Shown: positions 26,951 through 39,391 of the stretch, in pieces
Layout: the number at the start of each line of letters is the position of its first letter
Numbering within the stretch: the stretch's first letter is position 1
DNA from: Takakia lepidozioides
Lineage: Eukaryota; Plantae; Bryophyta
Reading direction: 5' to 3'
Assembly (NCBI GenBank): GCA_030704615.1
Contig: CM060731.1
Span: 34,658,001 to 34,722,000, forward strand
Length of the DNA stretch: 64,000 nucleotides
Translations under genes and position numbers: made by a program
The notes under the pieces: generated by a model
Told to the model about the DNA's origin: nothing
Seen by the model: only the letters and a program-made list of their open reading frames with translations
The model's database searches: none

Positions 26951-28205
26951 ATAATCTCTTGCACGATGTGACCCATTCACAGCAAAGGATTGAGATCCCT
27001 TGGGCATGGTCTTCCCCTGCTTGCCTGGAGAGCTCCAGAGCAGGGTACCATCCCTGCTCTGCTCTGCTCTGTGAGTGCACCAGAAGAGCAGGGATGTGTT
27101 GTGAGATGGAATTCCAAACATAACCTCGCATTACAGATCAGCACACCACACCCCCCCCCCCCCTCCAAAAACCCTTCACTGTTACTGACCAAGTTCCTTA
27201 CCTCTGCCAAGTTAAACAACAGATAGAGGGAAAAAAAAAAAAAAAAAAAAACAGATGTTATAGATCACAATGATTGTGATCTAAGTTTGTTTGTGTGAAT
27301 GTACGATATAAGGACTGTTTGCCCCGGCAAAGTTTCGCATCCAACAAAATTCATAGGTACTCGATGGATCATTCCATGTCTGGATGATTTTCATTCGATG
27401 GCATACTATTTGTGAACGTATGTGCATGTATAATAATCACCCGTACAAAGTTTCAGATCCAAGTAAAATCATACGAATACCGAACGATTTGCCAAACAAT
27501 TGTTTCTTTTGCGAAGCCTTCCATATAACTACACCGGATTTTCACTCCAGCCCATACTTGGTCAAAACTTCACGATAGGTATCACTACAGGTTTTGGGCT
27601 TTGGGGGTTAGCGACACCGCTAGGACGCCGCGGCGTCACCAACACCCCCTTTTGGGACGGGGTAGCAGCCACAATTTGCAACCGCCCAGGCAGGGAGCCG
27701 GCAAGGCCTCCAGGCGCAAAATGGTTGGAGATAGCGACGCCACGCTACGCTTCGCCCTCCTTCGGCTTATGCGATGCCACGCCCACTCCATGCTTCGCCC
27801 TAGGGATCCTCTCCTTTGGCTTGTACAACCTTACTAAGGATCCTATCATTCGACATGAAGGGCATAGGACTATGTTACTAAAGACCGTTCAGTACCTAAA
27901 CACGTAAGCACATGTGGACCAAAGATGAGCTTGAACTAAGTTCATTCAATGGGTCATTGAAGTGATAAACGCAACTACGTGTTGTAGAGACGGAAAACTG
28001 CGTTTCGCCTGCACATGATTTTTTTTTCATTCCATTTTCAATCCACATGCTTAATGACATCATATGCAATGTGCGTGCAAAATTTGGGAGTGAACAAAAG
28101 TCATTTGGACCAAAACCATATTTTCTTCCCTCAATTGCACTCCAAAGTTGAGTTCTTTTCAACTTCATGCACTCTTCATAGAGAGTTCTGCAAAACTGAG
28201 CAAAG

Positions 28206-28208
<3 letters not shown>

Positions 28209-28264
<56 letters not shown>
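28209..28264. repeat. (AT)n microsatellite
   Basis: About 28 AT units. Confidence 0.95.
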
Positions 28265-28267
<3 letters not shown>

Positions 28268-28976
28268 TTTTTTGTTTGGTCCAATGTTTTGCATAGATGT
28301 AGTGGTGTAAGGGTTGAATTCACAAAACAAAATAGAGCCAAAAATAAAATCATTACGCCCCTCAAATCTGTGATCATAGCTATTTTAAATCCAAATATTT
28401 AAAATTCATCTAAACTCGATTTAATTCAAAATTGGTTCAAGGGTGAGTGTGTCGTTGGGGAGAGAAATGTGCCTTTGTTTCTGTTGCATCTTTGCACATG
28501 TGTTGCGCACATACTCAACCACGTGTGGGCAAAAGATGAACTTCAACCACATTTGTTCAATGGGTGCAATAGCCATTTACCCATGAGAGGATTGTCTTTC
28601 ACAATGAACAAAATTGGTTGGCAGGATGAACGCGTCACGGATACGTGATGTTAGAACTGTGGTTTATGTAATAGCATCCATCTATCTACAAAAATGGCAA
28701 AAGACAATAAGCCCAAAGTATCTATCATCTCCAGTAAGCTCAGTGCCTATTGGCCATGGATCGTCTATGACCTATATCCATCACCATTTATGTTCATTTG
28801 CTGAAAATACATATATGTTGCAAGACGCGATTTAAAAAAATGGAGCCCCAGTATGTAAACCTACGGGAATTAGTTTAATTACCAACAAAAGCTCTTCATG
28901 TTGTGCCAATATCCTGTCGTCGACCATGTAGAAAAACAAAGATGCAGGAGACAGGGATCTAATCCGCTATTGTAAT

Positions 28977-31305
28977 TGTCAAGTTATTTCAGCTAGGAAA
29001 TAGCTAGCTTTTATGTACTGACATTTGGGATTGACCCAAGTATCAATCCAGGGGCCAATGTATGTTTAGGCCCTGGAGTGGTTATCTTCATGGCAGATCG
29101 CGGTGGGCTCATCTTTCTCGAGTTGAGCCTCACCGCGTCTAGCTATGGCGCCGTCGTGTGGATTTCCCATGGCATGGGGTGCACTTGGCTCGACTTATAT
29201 TTGAGGGATGGTTTTATATATACATGAATTTATGCTTCAGCTTTGTGAGCTCACGTGAGCTTGTGTATATTTCTTCTTTTCAACCTAGAATGCAGGGATC
29301 CGCGCATAAGCCTATCCAAAGCGGATAAGGTGCACAAACGAACAGGTTGCAGGTTTGCAATGGATAGAGAGGCGGGCAGCCTATGTTGAAGAGAGGGGTT
29401 GCATAGCTCAACGCTATGGAGTTCTAGTATGAAGTGAAGGAGATGTTAGCTATGAGTGGGCAAACTGGTGGTCGTCTTCTTCAATTGCAGGCCGAGTTAA
29501 GGAGCTACAGGAATGTGGGCTGCGCATGGGAAGCTAACGTGTTGCAGGTTGGAGATGATATGATCAGCTCCAGGTATTTCTGCCCAAAACTAGTTGTTGT
29601 GGATAGATGAGGAGAAGTGGAATAGTGGAGCTGCGAGGGGATGCATCAGAGTCTGTTGGGAGCTTTAGCTCCAAGCTCATGAAGAGGAAGAGTAGAAGCC
29701 CAAGCTAGAGGGCTGGTTTTTCTTTTGTGTAAATCAGTGCACTTATGAAGCATGTGTTGAGTTGGAGTTTCAATCTAAAACTCAGCAGTGTAAGGGCTCT
29801 TGGAGTGGCAAGAGGGGGTTGGAAGGGTAGCAGCGAGGCGCCCTAGAGCCAGGGAATATGCATGAGAGATGCAAGCACACCAAGATTGTAAAGGTGAATG
29901 ATTTCAAATTCATTTTTGTGAGCTTCACGAAGAAATGGAGCTTTTTGGGTAGCGGATAGCTTGCTTGTTGAGTTTGGGGTCCTTCTGGTGGGCCGTGAGA
30001 GCTGAAGCGAGCATAGCATCAGAGCTGGGGGCTTCGCGGAAGCCATAGCTGGTCGGCAGCAGGTGCATGAACAAACCCCAGCTCGGGGAGAGCTCGGGAA
30101 CGTGTGGGAACGTCCGGGAACACCTTGGGAACACGTGGAAACTCGTGGTGAGTTTCTGGGAACGCAGGGGAACAGTGGCCGTGGCCGTGGTCGTGGCCGT
30201 GGATGGGTCGTGGCGCCGATATCACGAGATACCACGGGCCCTGACCGTGGTCATGAACAATGGCCGTGGTCGTCCGTGGGCCGTGGCCGTGTCGTGGTCG
30301 TGGTACCACGGGATGTCATGAACCCAGGCCATGGTAGTGGCTGTTGAAGGGTCGTGGTCGTGATACCACGGAGTATCATGGAAGGCGCTTAAGGGCGGTC
30401 GTGGCTATAGCAGGCCGTGGCCGGGAAGCGTGAGAAATTGTGGCGGTCTTTTTTTGTTTCGTGGGACCTTGATGGGGAGGCTGGGCTCTGATAAACAACG
30501 GTTTTGAGCTAGCTGATCCGGCAGAAAAGTCGGAATTGCCTCTCTGTTGCGTTTTAACAAAGGGGGTTACATCCCTGCATAGCTTTAGCTTCTCTTCCTC
30601 GTAGTTTTTCGCCTTCTCTATAGGCCAAGACCTTTCCGTAGGTGGAGGCAAGAAGTCAGTCCGGGTTTAAGCTGGGGTGTCTTTGTAGGAGTGACACTGT
30701 GGAGAGATTTTGGTGTGGGGGAGTTGTTGTCTTGATTTCTTGTATTTGGATCCCCTCCACACCTGCATGCTTGATTGTGTGTCATGTTAGTTTTGTGTGG
30801 GCACTTGTTTTTATAGGTGGTTGACTCGGGATTGATCGCCAATCCAACCCTAGAGCATACTGTCGATGGTGAGGCTGGGTTGATGACCAGTCAGACCATT
30901 TTTGTTTCTCATGTGGTGAGGTTGGAGGTGATGACCAGCCAACCATATGAGTGCATGCGGTGGATGCAGGTGCAGGCTATGTTAGGATTCTAGTATTTCA
31001 AACCATAAGCCGCATCAGGTTGTCTACCCGGTTACCTTGTGGCAAGGGGCTTAGGGACACGTTCATGACCGGTTGAGTGTCAGTTTGTCAACACGGAGGT
31101 GCCACCAATTGCTGGGAAAAGTGTCGGTACGAGCACTAGCGATACTAGTGGGTATACGAGACAAGGTGTGCGGCCACATTCACCTCCTGTGTCTTCCAAG
31201 GAAGGTTTTTATTCCGACTCTGAATCAGGAGGGTTCACGCCGACGGTGCAAATTACTCCATTGCCATTGTTGTGGGACACAATGGAGAGATGTATGGAAC
31301 CTCTA
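28977..31305 (+). mobile_element. 5' remnant of a diverged relative of the DNMT-bearing Gypsy element
   Basis: Starts TGTCAAGTTA like repeat B and shares GGCTCATCTTTCTCGAGTTGAGCCT (29106-29130). 30640-30980 matches the reverse complement of ~46815-47145. Degenerate gag start PLLWDTME versus PLLWDDME. Confidence 0.8.
30175..30420. repeat. Degenerate GTGGYC hexamer repeats
   Basis: Runs of GTGGCC/GTGGTC. Confidence 0.75.
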
Positions 31306-31859
31306 TTTTAAGTCATTCCGGACTTTTGGCTTAAATCCGGACCAATGTTTTTTTTTCTGGCGAATAATCGTCAGATTTCGACCTGGAATCAACGACTTTT
31401 ACTAAGGAATTCTGGGATTAAAAATCAAGAAAATCGCCAGAAAGCGCCAAAGGTTAAATACCAGGAGCCAAATTTGTCTTATGTGGACCTGTCAAAATAT
31501 GACCTATGTAATATAGCCTCTTTTCCAGCTCTGTCACCTCGTTATTCTCGCCACATGGGCGTTGGGTAGAATCTATATGTCGCCCTGCCAACAATTTTGG
31601 AAAAGTGAAAAAAAAAACACGGATCTGGACCAAACTTAATATATAACATAATTAAAATTAATTCAGGTATTAATAATAATATTGTGGAGTATTGAGTCAT
31701 TTAACTTGTGAAGTTGCACAATCCCATTCATGTAACATCGAATGGTAAGTCGAATGACGTACTTTGCGTCAATAAATTATAAATATAAGATTGATTGAGA
31801 GAAGTTATTAATAAATTGATAGAGGGATGACATGTGAATTAAGTTTCAAAATATTTAGG

Positions 31860-32700
31860 GATCACTCACAAAGGTTCATATGACAACCAAATATTGTGGA
31901 AGAGTGTCTTGTAGATTCACCTATAAAGTCATTGAACCAAGCTGGAATTAGGTTTTAGGGGATAGAATTTGCTAGGGTACAAAACATAGTACTTGGTATG
32001 AAAAGAAAATATGGAAAAGTGTATGACTTGTCACCTATAAAAAAATTCTTAATGAAATATCCCAACCACAGATTGTATCCAAATTTCTATGAGGAATGTG
32101 AATCAAACAATGGAGTTTGGTTTAGGGTTTAGGGCTTTAGAAAACTATAAATGGACAAACAATTATGGAGTCTGAGTCTTTACATGGATATAACAATTTA
32201 TGAAATATTATCCCCACCAGTTTGACTGTACCCAAAATTGGAAGTAGTAAGTCAAATAAGCGTCAAACATTGGAATTAGGTTTTAGGGTATAGAGTTGCT
32301 AGGATACTAAACATAGTACTCGGTGTGAATAGAAAAGAAAATATGGGAAATGGTACAGATGACTTGTCACCTATCATTAAATTTGGGAATACAATATCCC
32401 AACCACAGATTGTATCCAATCTATGAAGAATGCGCATCAAACAATGGAATTAGGTTTAAGGGCTTAGGGTTTAGGGTTTAGAGATCTGTAAATGGATAAA
32501 CAATTATGGAATGTGAGTCTTCACACGGAGGTTGTACAACAATTTATAAATTAAATAGGCATCAGACATTTGGAAATAGGGTTTAGAGTATGGAGTTTAG
32601 TAGTGTACTAAACATATTACTCGGTATGAATGGACCCACAAATATGGGAAAGTGTACAAGTGACTTATCACCTATGAAATTAGACTTGAATGTAAGAAAT
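31860..32700. repeat. About 3 degenerate ~320-bp tandem units containing TTTAGGG-like motifs
   Basis: Recurring TGGAATTAGGTTTTAGGG...AAACATAGTACT...GACTTGTCACCTAT near 31942, 32271 and 32571. Confidence 0.75.
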
Positions 32701-32989
32701 GGTAGTTGGAGAAACAAGGTACTGACATCAGAAAAAAAAATGACTGGCACAAAACTTGCAAAATTATTATTATGAGTCTGGATTGTACATTGTTTGGGCG
32801 GAAGCTAGGGGCAATCCCCAAATTTGAGGATGAAGCAATCCCAAATGTGGGCCTGTGGGGTGAAGGGGACGGAAAAGTCAAGCTTGAACGCGTAATTAGC
32901 CCAATGATAGACTGGTCACATGGTGCCCGTGCGGGGATTATCATCATCATTTTTACACTGGTCACATGGACATGAGGTTCTAGAATTGG

Positions 32990-33130
32990 CAACTTGTAGC
33001 GCTCGATAGAGTAACACCACCCGGAATGAACTAGGCCACACCAGTACACCTCCTCAACCAAATGCACCATCAGATGCGTCATTATGTCGAAGAATCCGGG
33101 AGGAAACCACAGCTGCAGCAACACAAGAAG
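32990..33130 (-). pseudogene. CACTA/EnSpm transposase fragment (DUF4218-like)
   Basis: LQLWFPPGFFDIMTHLMVHLVEEVYWCGLVHSGWCYSIERY matches the FPP.FFD.M.HL..HL...GPV..RW.Y..ER motif. Confidence 0.8.
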
Positions 33131-34462
33131 GCTTGGCAAGTTGATAAGAATGAACCTTTGTATTCCTTGCAGGTGTGTCAGCACTATTAAAAACCACAGC
33201 TGTAACAAACACAAGAAGGCTTGGCTAGTTGATAAGAATGAACCTTTGTAGTCCTTGCAGGTGTGTCAATGCATATTAAAACATTCTTTGATTCGTTGGT
33301 AATCCTTGATGAGACCAGCGGAGTAGAGGGTACCGCTGCAGCATATCTCACGTTGCTCGTGTTGTGGCGATCTCGTCCGCCATAGCCAGAGCTCACCGGG
33401 CTTCCTCTCCATGCTCTTGCCCAGGCAACCTCACACGCCGACTTCTCCAGGTACGCCGTCTCTTCATCTCGCTCGTCTTTCTTCAAGAGGGAGGGAGATC
33501 ATCCTACGGTTGTGTGCTTGATTAGGGATCGGCTTTATGGCGTTGTTGTAGGAGTAGGACAAGAGCGCGTGACGAGTGACTGAGGGAGTGCATTGTGGTG
33601 GTAATTCGTGGTTGAGGAGAGCTTTGGTTTCTTGGTGTGGCGGGCGTATGGCGTGAGAGTGAATTTGAGGTTGTTTTCGTTTAGTTTTAGAAGAATTGGC
33701 GTGTGTGTGAATGGAAGGAACGTTGTGTTTTTTTTTTTTTTTTTTTTTTTTCGATGTTGACGATGGATCGGCGTAGAGCTATGTGAGTTGATTTGTTGAT
33801 TGAGGTGGAGTTTGGAAAGGCGGTAGGGTCTAGATCGGGATTTTTTGCTTTTTTCCTCGGAGGCAATTGTGAGATGCGCTCGTAGAAGCCTGTGTGTTGA
33901 TTGTCTTTTAATGCTTAGAAACTGAATTGGTTCAACAATACAAATGAAAGTTACTGAGAAAAACTAATAAACAGTTCTTTTTTTTGCCAAAGAACAAAAA
34001 AAACAAAGAAAAAAAAACAAACAACAGGAACAAAGAAGAAAAACAAACGAAGGTAACAGAGCAGAACTGATAGACAGTTCTATTGTATACAAATAACATG
34101 CGGAAAAAAGAGAAGAAAATGATCCTCGTTCTGCATACTTATAGGGAAAACAATGACGTACACTAGGGAAAGAATGAATGATTTTTTTTTTATGAAAATA
34201 GAATGAGAAGTTGTTATTTAATAACTTTATCCCACAAACTTTTTACATAGGTACCAACTCATGAATGTCTAATAAAAAAATGGATGTCAGTGCATTACAA
34301 ATAGTTGTATGAACGTTTATCCAAAACAAAATTTTATTTTAATTGTAATAAATGGTGACAACCTACAAATTTTGTCGGTACATACCAATAATAGTATATG
34401 TGATTCATAAATATAATGACCAAAGTTGATACATTTATTATAGTAGTTTATTTTTTTCCAAT

Positions 34463-35120
34463 CCCTTAGGACTCCTTAGGGCCGTTCCTAAGGGCGATTA
34501 TAAATAGCAATTTACATCTTTCTATTTTCCCCCTCATAGAACTCTTTGAGTCCGTTCTAAAGAGTCATAAGAGGGACTATAAATAACAATTTACATCTTT
34601 CCATTTTCCCCCTCTTAGGACTCCTTAAGGCCGCCCTAAGGAGTCCTAAGGACATTTATAAATAATAATTTATATCTTTCCGTGTTCCCACTCTTAGGAC
34701 TTCTTAGGGCCACTCTTAGGATTTCTTAGGACCACCCTTAGGACTAAAGAGTCCTAAGGGCGGCTATATATAGCAATTTACATCTTTCCATTTTCTCCTC
34801 TTAGGAGTCTTAAGAAGCAATTATAAATAATAATTTACATCTTTCATTTTCCTCCTCTTAGAATGAGTCTTAAGGGCAATTATAATTTATAATTTATATG
34901 TTTCCATATTCCCCCTCTTAGGACTCCTTGGGGTCGCCCTAAGGAGTCCTAAGGGCGATTATAAATAATAATCTATATTTTTCTAAGGCTGCCCTAAGAA
35001 GTCCTTTTGGCGATTATAAATAATAATTCATATCTTTCCATTTTCCCCATCTTACAACTCCTTAGGGCTGCCCTACGGAGTCGTAATGGCGATTATAAAT
35101 AATAATTTATATCTTTCCAA
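34463..35120. repeat. Palindromic minisatellite, about 8 units of ~75-105 bp
   Basis: Unit CTTAGGACTCCTTAGGGC.GCCCTAAGGAGTCCTAAG-GGCGATTATAAATAATAATTTACATCTTTCCATTTTCCC. Confidence 0.85.
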
Positions 35121-37049
35121 GTGACTTTAAAGTCTTAGGGATCTAAAGCTTCATTTACAAATAAAGATATCGGTGTGTCAGATGAACAATTATGATGATA
35201 TTTATTGTAAATAATTTTTTTCTTTATTTGTAATACATAATGACAACCCATATATATTCTATCAAGTCTTTGTAATGAATGCTACCATGTGACATGCAAC
35301 CATTGAGATTTTGTCGGTTACATCATTATGGGTATCTGATTAATATTCAGTTTCTCTAACTATCATAACTACTACTAACTATATTTTTAGATAAATAAAT
35401 GAAGTTGATGGAGATGATTATCTTAAATGTAAATAAATAATGGAGTTGGTGGATGTCACATTAATATAACCAACAACCATTTTAATGCTTATCAGTAATA
35501 GATTTTTATTATTATTTACAATAAATAATAACAACTTATATATTCTGTCAGTTTCCATATATCTGGTTAGTTTCTATTGGTTAGTTTCTAAAAGGCTACA
35601 TGTGGTTGGTGTGATTAATAATTAGCTTTCATAAATCTTTACAACCACTACTTATTATAATTTTAAATGAAAAGTTTGATTTACATATCTATTTAATGTT
35701 ATTATAAAGAGTATATATATGTAACTCTATTTTAACTAATTCTGGACTTTTGTTTGGTCCAGAAATAATACAAGATATATGAATAATTATAATCTATAAT
35801 AGAAATAAAGAGATATATCTATAATTATTTGACTATTTGTGCACTATATAACAACAAATTATGTAATCCTCCACACATTCTACGCAAAAATACAAGTATG
35901 TATTGTGGTCTTAGATGTCGAGAAGCCCAGAAGTTGCAATTGAAGTTTCGTCCTTGTCCTCGTCGAAAGGGTTTCGGAGAAGGGGAACGGAATGGAAATT
36001 GTCCCTTGAGCACTCCACATCCTGAATGGAATTCACACATAACGAAGGGATTACCGCGGAACATATTTCCAATGAAGACGTCGTTTGACAGGAAAGTCAT
36101 AATCCGCAGATTTTCTGGCCTGGAGTAAAACAAGAACATCAGACCCAGTACTAAGGAAAACAAAAGGACGAGTTAGAATTCAGATATAAGTAATTTTACC
36201 TGACTCCTTCTGATTTGGGCTTCATGCTGGGGAGAGAATGAGGGAAGAGAGACAACATTGTGCTGTGGAGCCGCAGCCTCAGCCGCGTCCTCAAAGGATG
36301 ACATTCTCGAGGTAGATTTCACACCATTGATACTTAACACGGAGGGTGAGGATTGTAGAGTGAGGTCCACGAAATCCCCTACACATTTGTCAAGTTGGTT
36401 TCTATCTTCGACATTCAATCCTAAACAATCCTGCGACAGAACATCATTTTCAGGAATGGATTGAAGAAGAGGGTCGTGCAATTGAAGGGAAGCCAAGTGC
36501 CTGGATGATGCTTCAACGTCGATGACAGAAATCTCAACAGTAGTGTGGATGTTGTCCCTCTGTAGATGAATTTCGGATATGGAGGATTCCAATGGAGGTC
36601 CCGACAAGAAGTTGGCATCAGCAGCATCGCCATGAACCTGCAGAAACGAACTTACAAGGTCAATGTACAGACACGGGATAACCTCCACTGCACAGTGGAG
36701 GTTGTCGGATTTGAAAAAACCCTCGAGACGAGTTTCAGAGAAGGTCTGTATCTCAGAGGATCGGGATGGTATGGGGTGGAGAAACGCATGGATGAGACTA
36801 GGAAATAGCAAACAATTCCATGTCAATTCAGATTGAAAAGGAAATCACAGTACACAACAGTTTTTCTAGAAAAACAATACAACCTATAAAAAAACCAATA
36901 AAAAATAAACATTGAATCACAGACGTGGTTGATCAATAAAATCTTTATTTTGAAGCATCATATCGGAGATTCCTGTAATTAGAATCATCAACATAATCTA
37001 GGAGAGGCTTAAACTTGGGATCGGTGGAAACATTCTGACAAGGCTTAAG

Positions 37050-37638
37050 TCATATCCTATTTTCCCTGAGATAACTGGAAACGGTGTGAGATTTCTTCAT
37101 TTCAAGCAAATATTTCTGAAGAACCTTCTGGAGATAGCAAGAGCCCGTCTCAACGGATTCAAACGATTTTAGAATCAGGCAGGATTCAAGCGGGTTCAAC
37201 ACACACTTAATAACTGAATCGTCAATAAGTAGAGTGTTACTCAGGTTGTACTGACCACCAAATCTTTGCCAGACCGTCATCAATGGCTTCAAGAACAGAC
37301 TCGGCGGGTCGTATCCTGATATAAATTGAGGGTGGACAAAAGTAGGACAGGAGATACAATCTTCCTGAGACATAACGAATGTCGGTTGAGGAAGACCTCG
37401 AAGCATCCACGATAGGCTGTAAGTTCTTGTACATCATGCAGCTCCATATACCTAGATGGAAATGTTTGTTCAACTTTGTCCACATCTCACGATATTTTTC
37501 CCGCCTACAGACAAGTCGAAATCCAACAAGAGCTGATATCTTGTAGTCTGTCTCGGACATTTGGGGGACACTGTAGCTCTTCTGGTGCTTCAAGACTTTG
37601 CACAAAACTCCATTCAGGTCAAAAATTATCAAGCTCAA
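37050..37638 (-). pseudogene. FCP1/NIF-like HAD phosphatase domain, frameshifted near 37406
   Basis: LIIFDLNGVL, HFHLGIWSC, FVMSQEDC, FLKPL..VW, NTLLIDDS..K...NP. Confidence 0.75.
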
Positions 37639-37787
37639 TCATTTTGCAACTGGAGAAACTGGTGCTGCAATCTGTGAGAAATTCATACATCCACTCAGGT
37701 GGTAATCAAGATAAACCAAGGACAGGATTGACATTGGGAGCAACGTCCACTGGACAGTCATGGTTCAAGAAAATCTAAAGCAGCTAT

Positions 37788-38480
37788 CTACGTTTCAAAC
37801 TGTTCCAATGAAGCGTCAGAAATTTTTTGTTTTCTAAGATAAACCTGCCACTGCAAATCCCATAGCAAGAGGCATTTGACTTTTGGGTCATTATACGGTG
37901 GACATCCTATGGGTTTTTCCACGTTGAATATATCAGCGTCTTTTTCGGATAACCGCAACTCTTCCAGGTGCGGTTTGAGTTCCTCCAGAAGAAACTTGTC
38001 CTTGTATGGGTCGACAAGCGCTTTATATTTTGGAAGGAAGATACCGAGCGACTTTGGGTTCAAGTACGACTTATACATATTTTCTACAGTGTCGATAAGA
38101 AGTGTGTTTGATTTGTACGCTACAGGGTCGTCTACAGTGAAAAGGTCGTAGAGACGTTTAAGATATATTGGCGCTTTCGGATATTTGGGCCATTCGGCAC
38201 TGAACGTCTGTCTATGCTTCACGCAGTTCTTATTGCTAAATTCCCTGACCTTGTAAAACCTTCTTCCAAACAAAGCCAGCCCTATATCCAGGACATTTTC
38301 TAACGGTCCAGTGTTCCAAAAGTAGACCTCAAAATGCTTAAGGACCCATTTCAGGAAGTCGTCCAACCCATTTCGGACTGCAAGCTTGAATTTTCCAGCG
38401 CACACACAGGATGGGTTGCGGGAGGGGATGTCGGGCCATCTCGGAGGTAAACCTCACCAAGGTAACCGACGTCAAGAACC
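37788..38480 (-). pseudogene. Second FCP1/NIF-like HAD domain with a degenerate motif I
   Basis: VRNGLDDFLKWVLKHFEVYFW, YLKRL, NTLLIDT..KSYLNP. Upstream LVLDVGYLG lies in a shifted frame. Confidence 0.65.
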
Positions 38481-38600
38481 AGACGTAGTATCCTGGTCGA
38501 GATCCTTTCGGTCCCTCAGAGAGGCGATACCAATCATGTGGGTTCACAGATTTGTGAAAGTCGATTGGAGGGTGGAATCATATCATCCTGTGGAATAACA

Positions 38601-38685
38601 TGTCGTGCGCATACATATCGCTACACAACTACATCGCTGTCCAAACCACACCACACATATATGCACAATAAAGTAGTCTGCCACA
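38601..38685 (-). repeat. Repeat A, outer copy (85 bp)
   Basis: Identical to 39047-39131; TG...CA ends. Confidence 0.95.
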
Positions 38686-38687
38686 AT

Positions 38688-39044
38688 CGATAAACAAAGC
38701 TAAAAAGGACATACACTTCCAACACAAGAAATATGAAATCCATCGCTATCACTCGTTGAAACTGAAGTCGAGCCAGGGGCACCCCAAGCTATGGGGACTC
38801 CACCCCACAACAACCTGTATCCCTACATAAGCACACTAAAACCTAAACACATGCAGGAGCTCGGTCGCGCAGGCTCAACTCGAGAAAGATGAGCCGCGCG
38901 ACTGCCGCTCTCGTGAAGATAAGACGGACCAGGTGTCAAACTAAACTTGACACCTGATTTAACACTTGACCTAAATCCAAGTGTTAAATACAAATAACTA
39001 GTTTTATTCTAGCTGTTTTCACACTGTGCTTATTTAACTTGACA
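38688..39044 (-). repeat. Repeat B, 3' copy (357 bp)
   Basis: Differs from 50036-50392 at two positions by eye. Confidence 0.95.
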
Positions 39045-39046
39045 GC

Positions 39047-39131
39047 TGTCGTGCGCATACATATCGCTACACAACTACATCGCTGTCCAAACCACACCAC
39101 ACATATATGCACAATAAAGTAGTCTGCCACA
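39047..39131 (-). repeat. Repeat A, inner copy
   Basis: Directly follows the PPT on the minus strand and is separated from B by GC. Confidence 0.95.
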
Positions 39132-39142
39132 ATCGCCCCCCT
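39132..39142 (-). promoter_or_regulatory. Polypurine tract
   Basis: Minus-strand AGGGGGGCGAT immediately before TGTGGCAG. Confidence 0.8.
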
Positions 39143-39391
39143 AGCTGGTGGATAGGTCCCTCTACCTCCAGATAGCTACAAGATGTAATAGCCACAGCCG
39201 TACTAAGTCCTCTATCACTGTCCCTATTGTACTCAAACTCTATAGACCAAGAGGCCGGGTACAAGAGTAGCCCCATCGTTAGTCGCCGTCTTGCAATCTA
39301 TGAACTTGAGCCAAGATCTCGTGTGTTCAAGGTCTCCTAGTAGCTGGGTCTTGCGTTTCTTGTTAACCTCCCATGGTTGTATCCACTCCCA

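Noticed and set aside
28015-28402. YIYIYI ORFs (and the SLSL ORF at 4836)
   Set aside because: Translations of microsatellites.
32116-32480. Interstitial telomere
   Set aside because: Only 2-3 imperfect TTTAGGG units, embedded within larger tandem repeats.
34463-35120. CRISPR-like array
   Set aside because: The spacers are themselves repeated, the context is eukaryotic and there are no cas genes.
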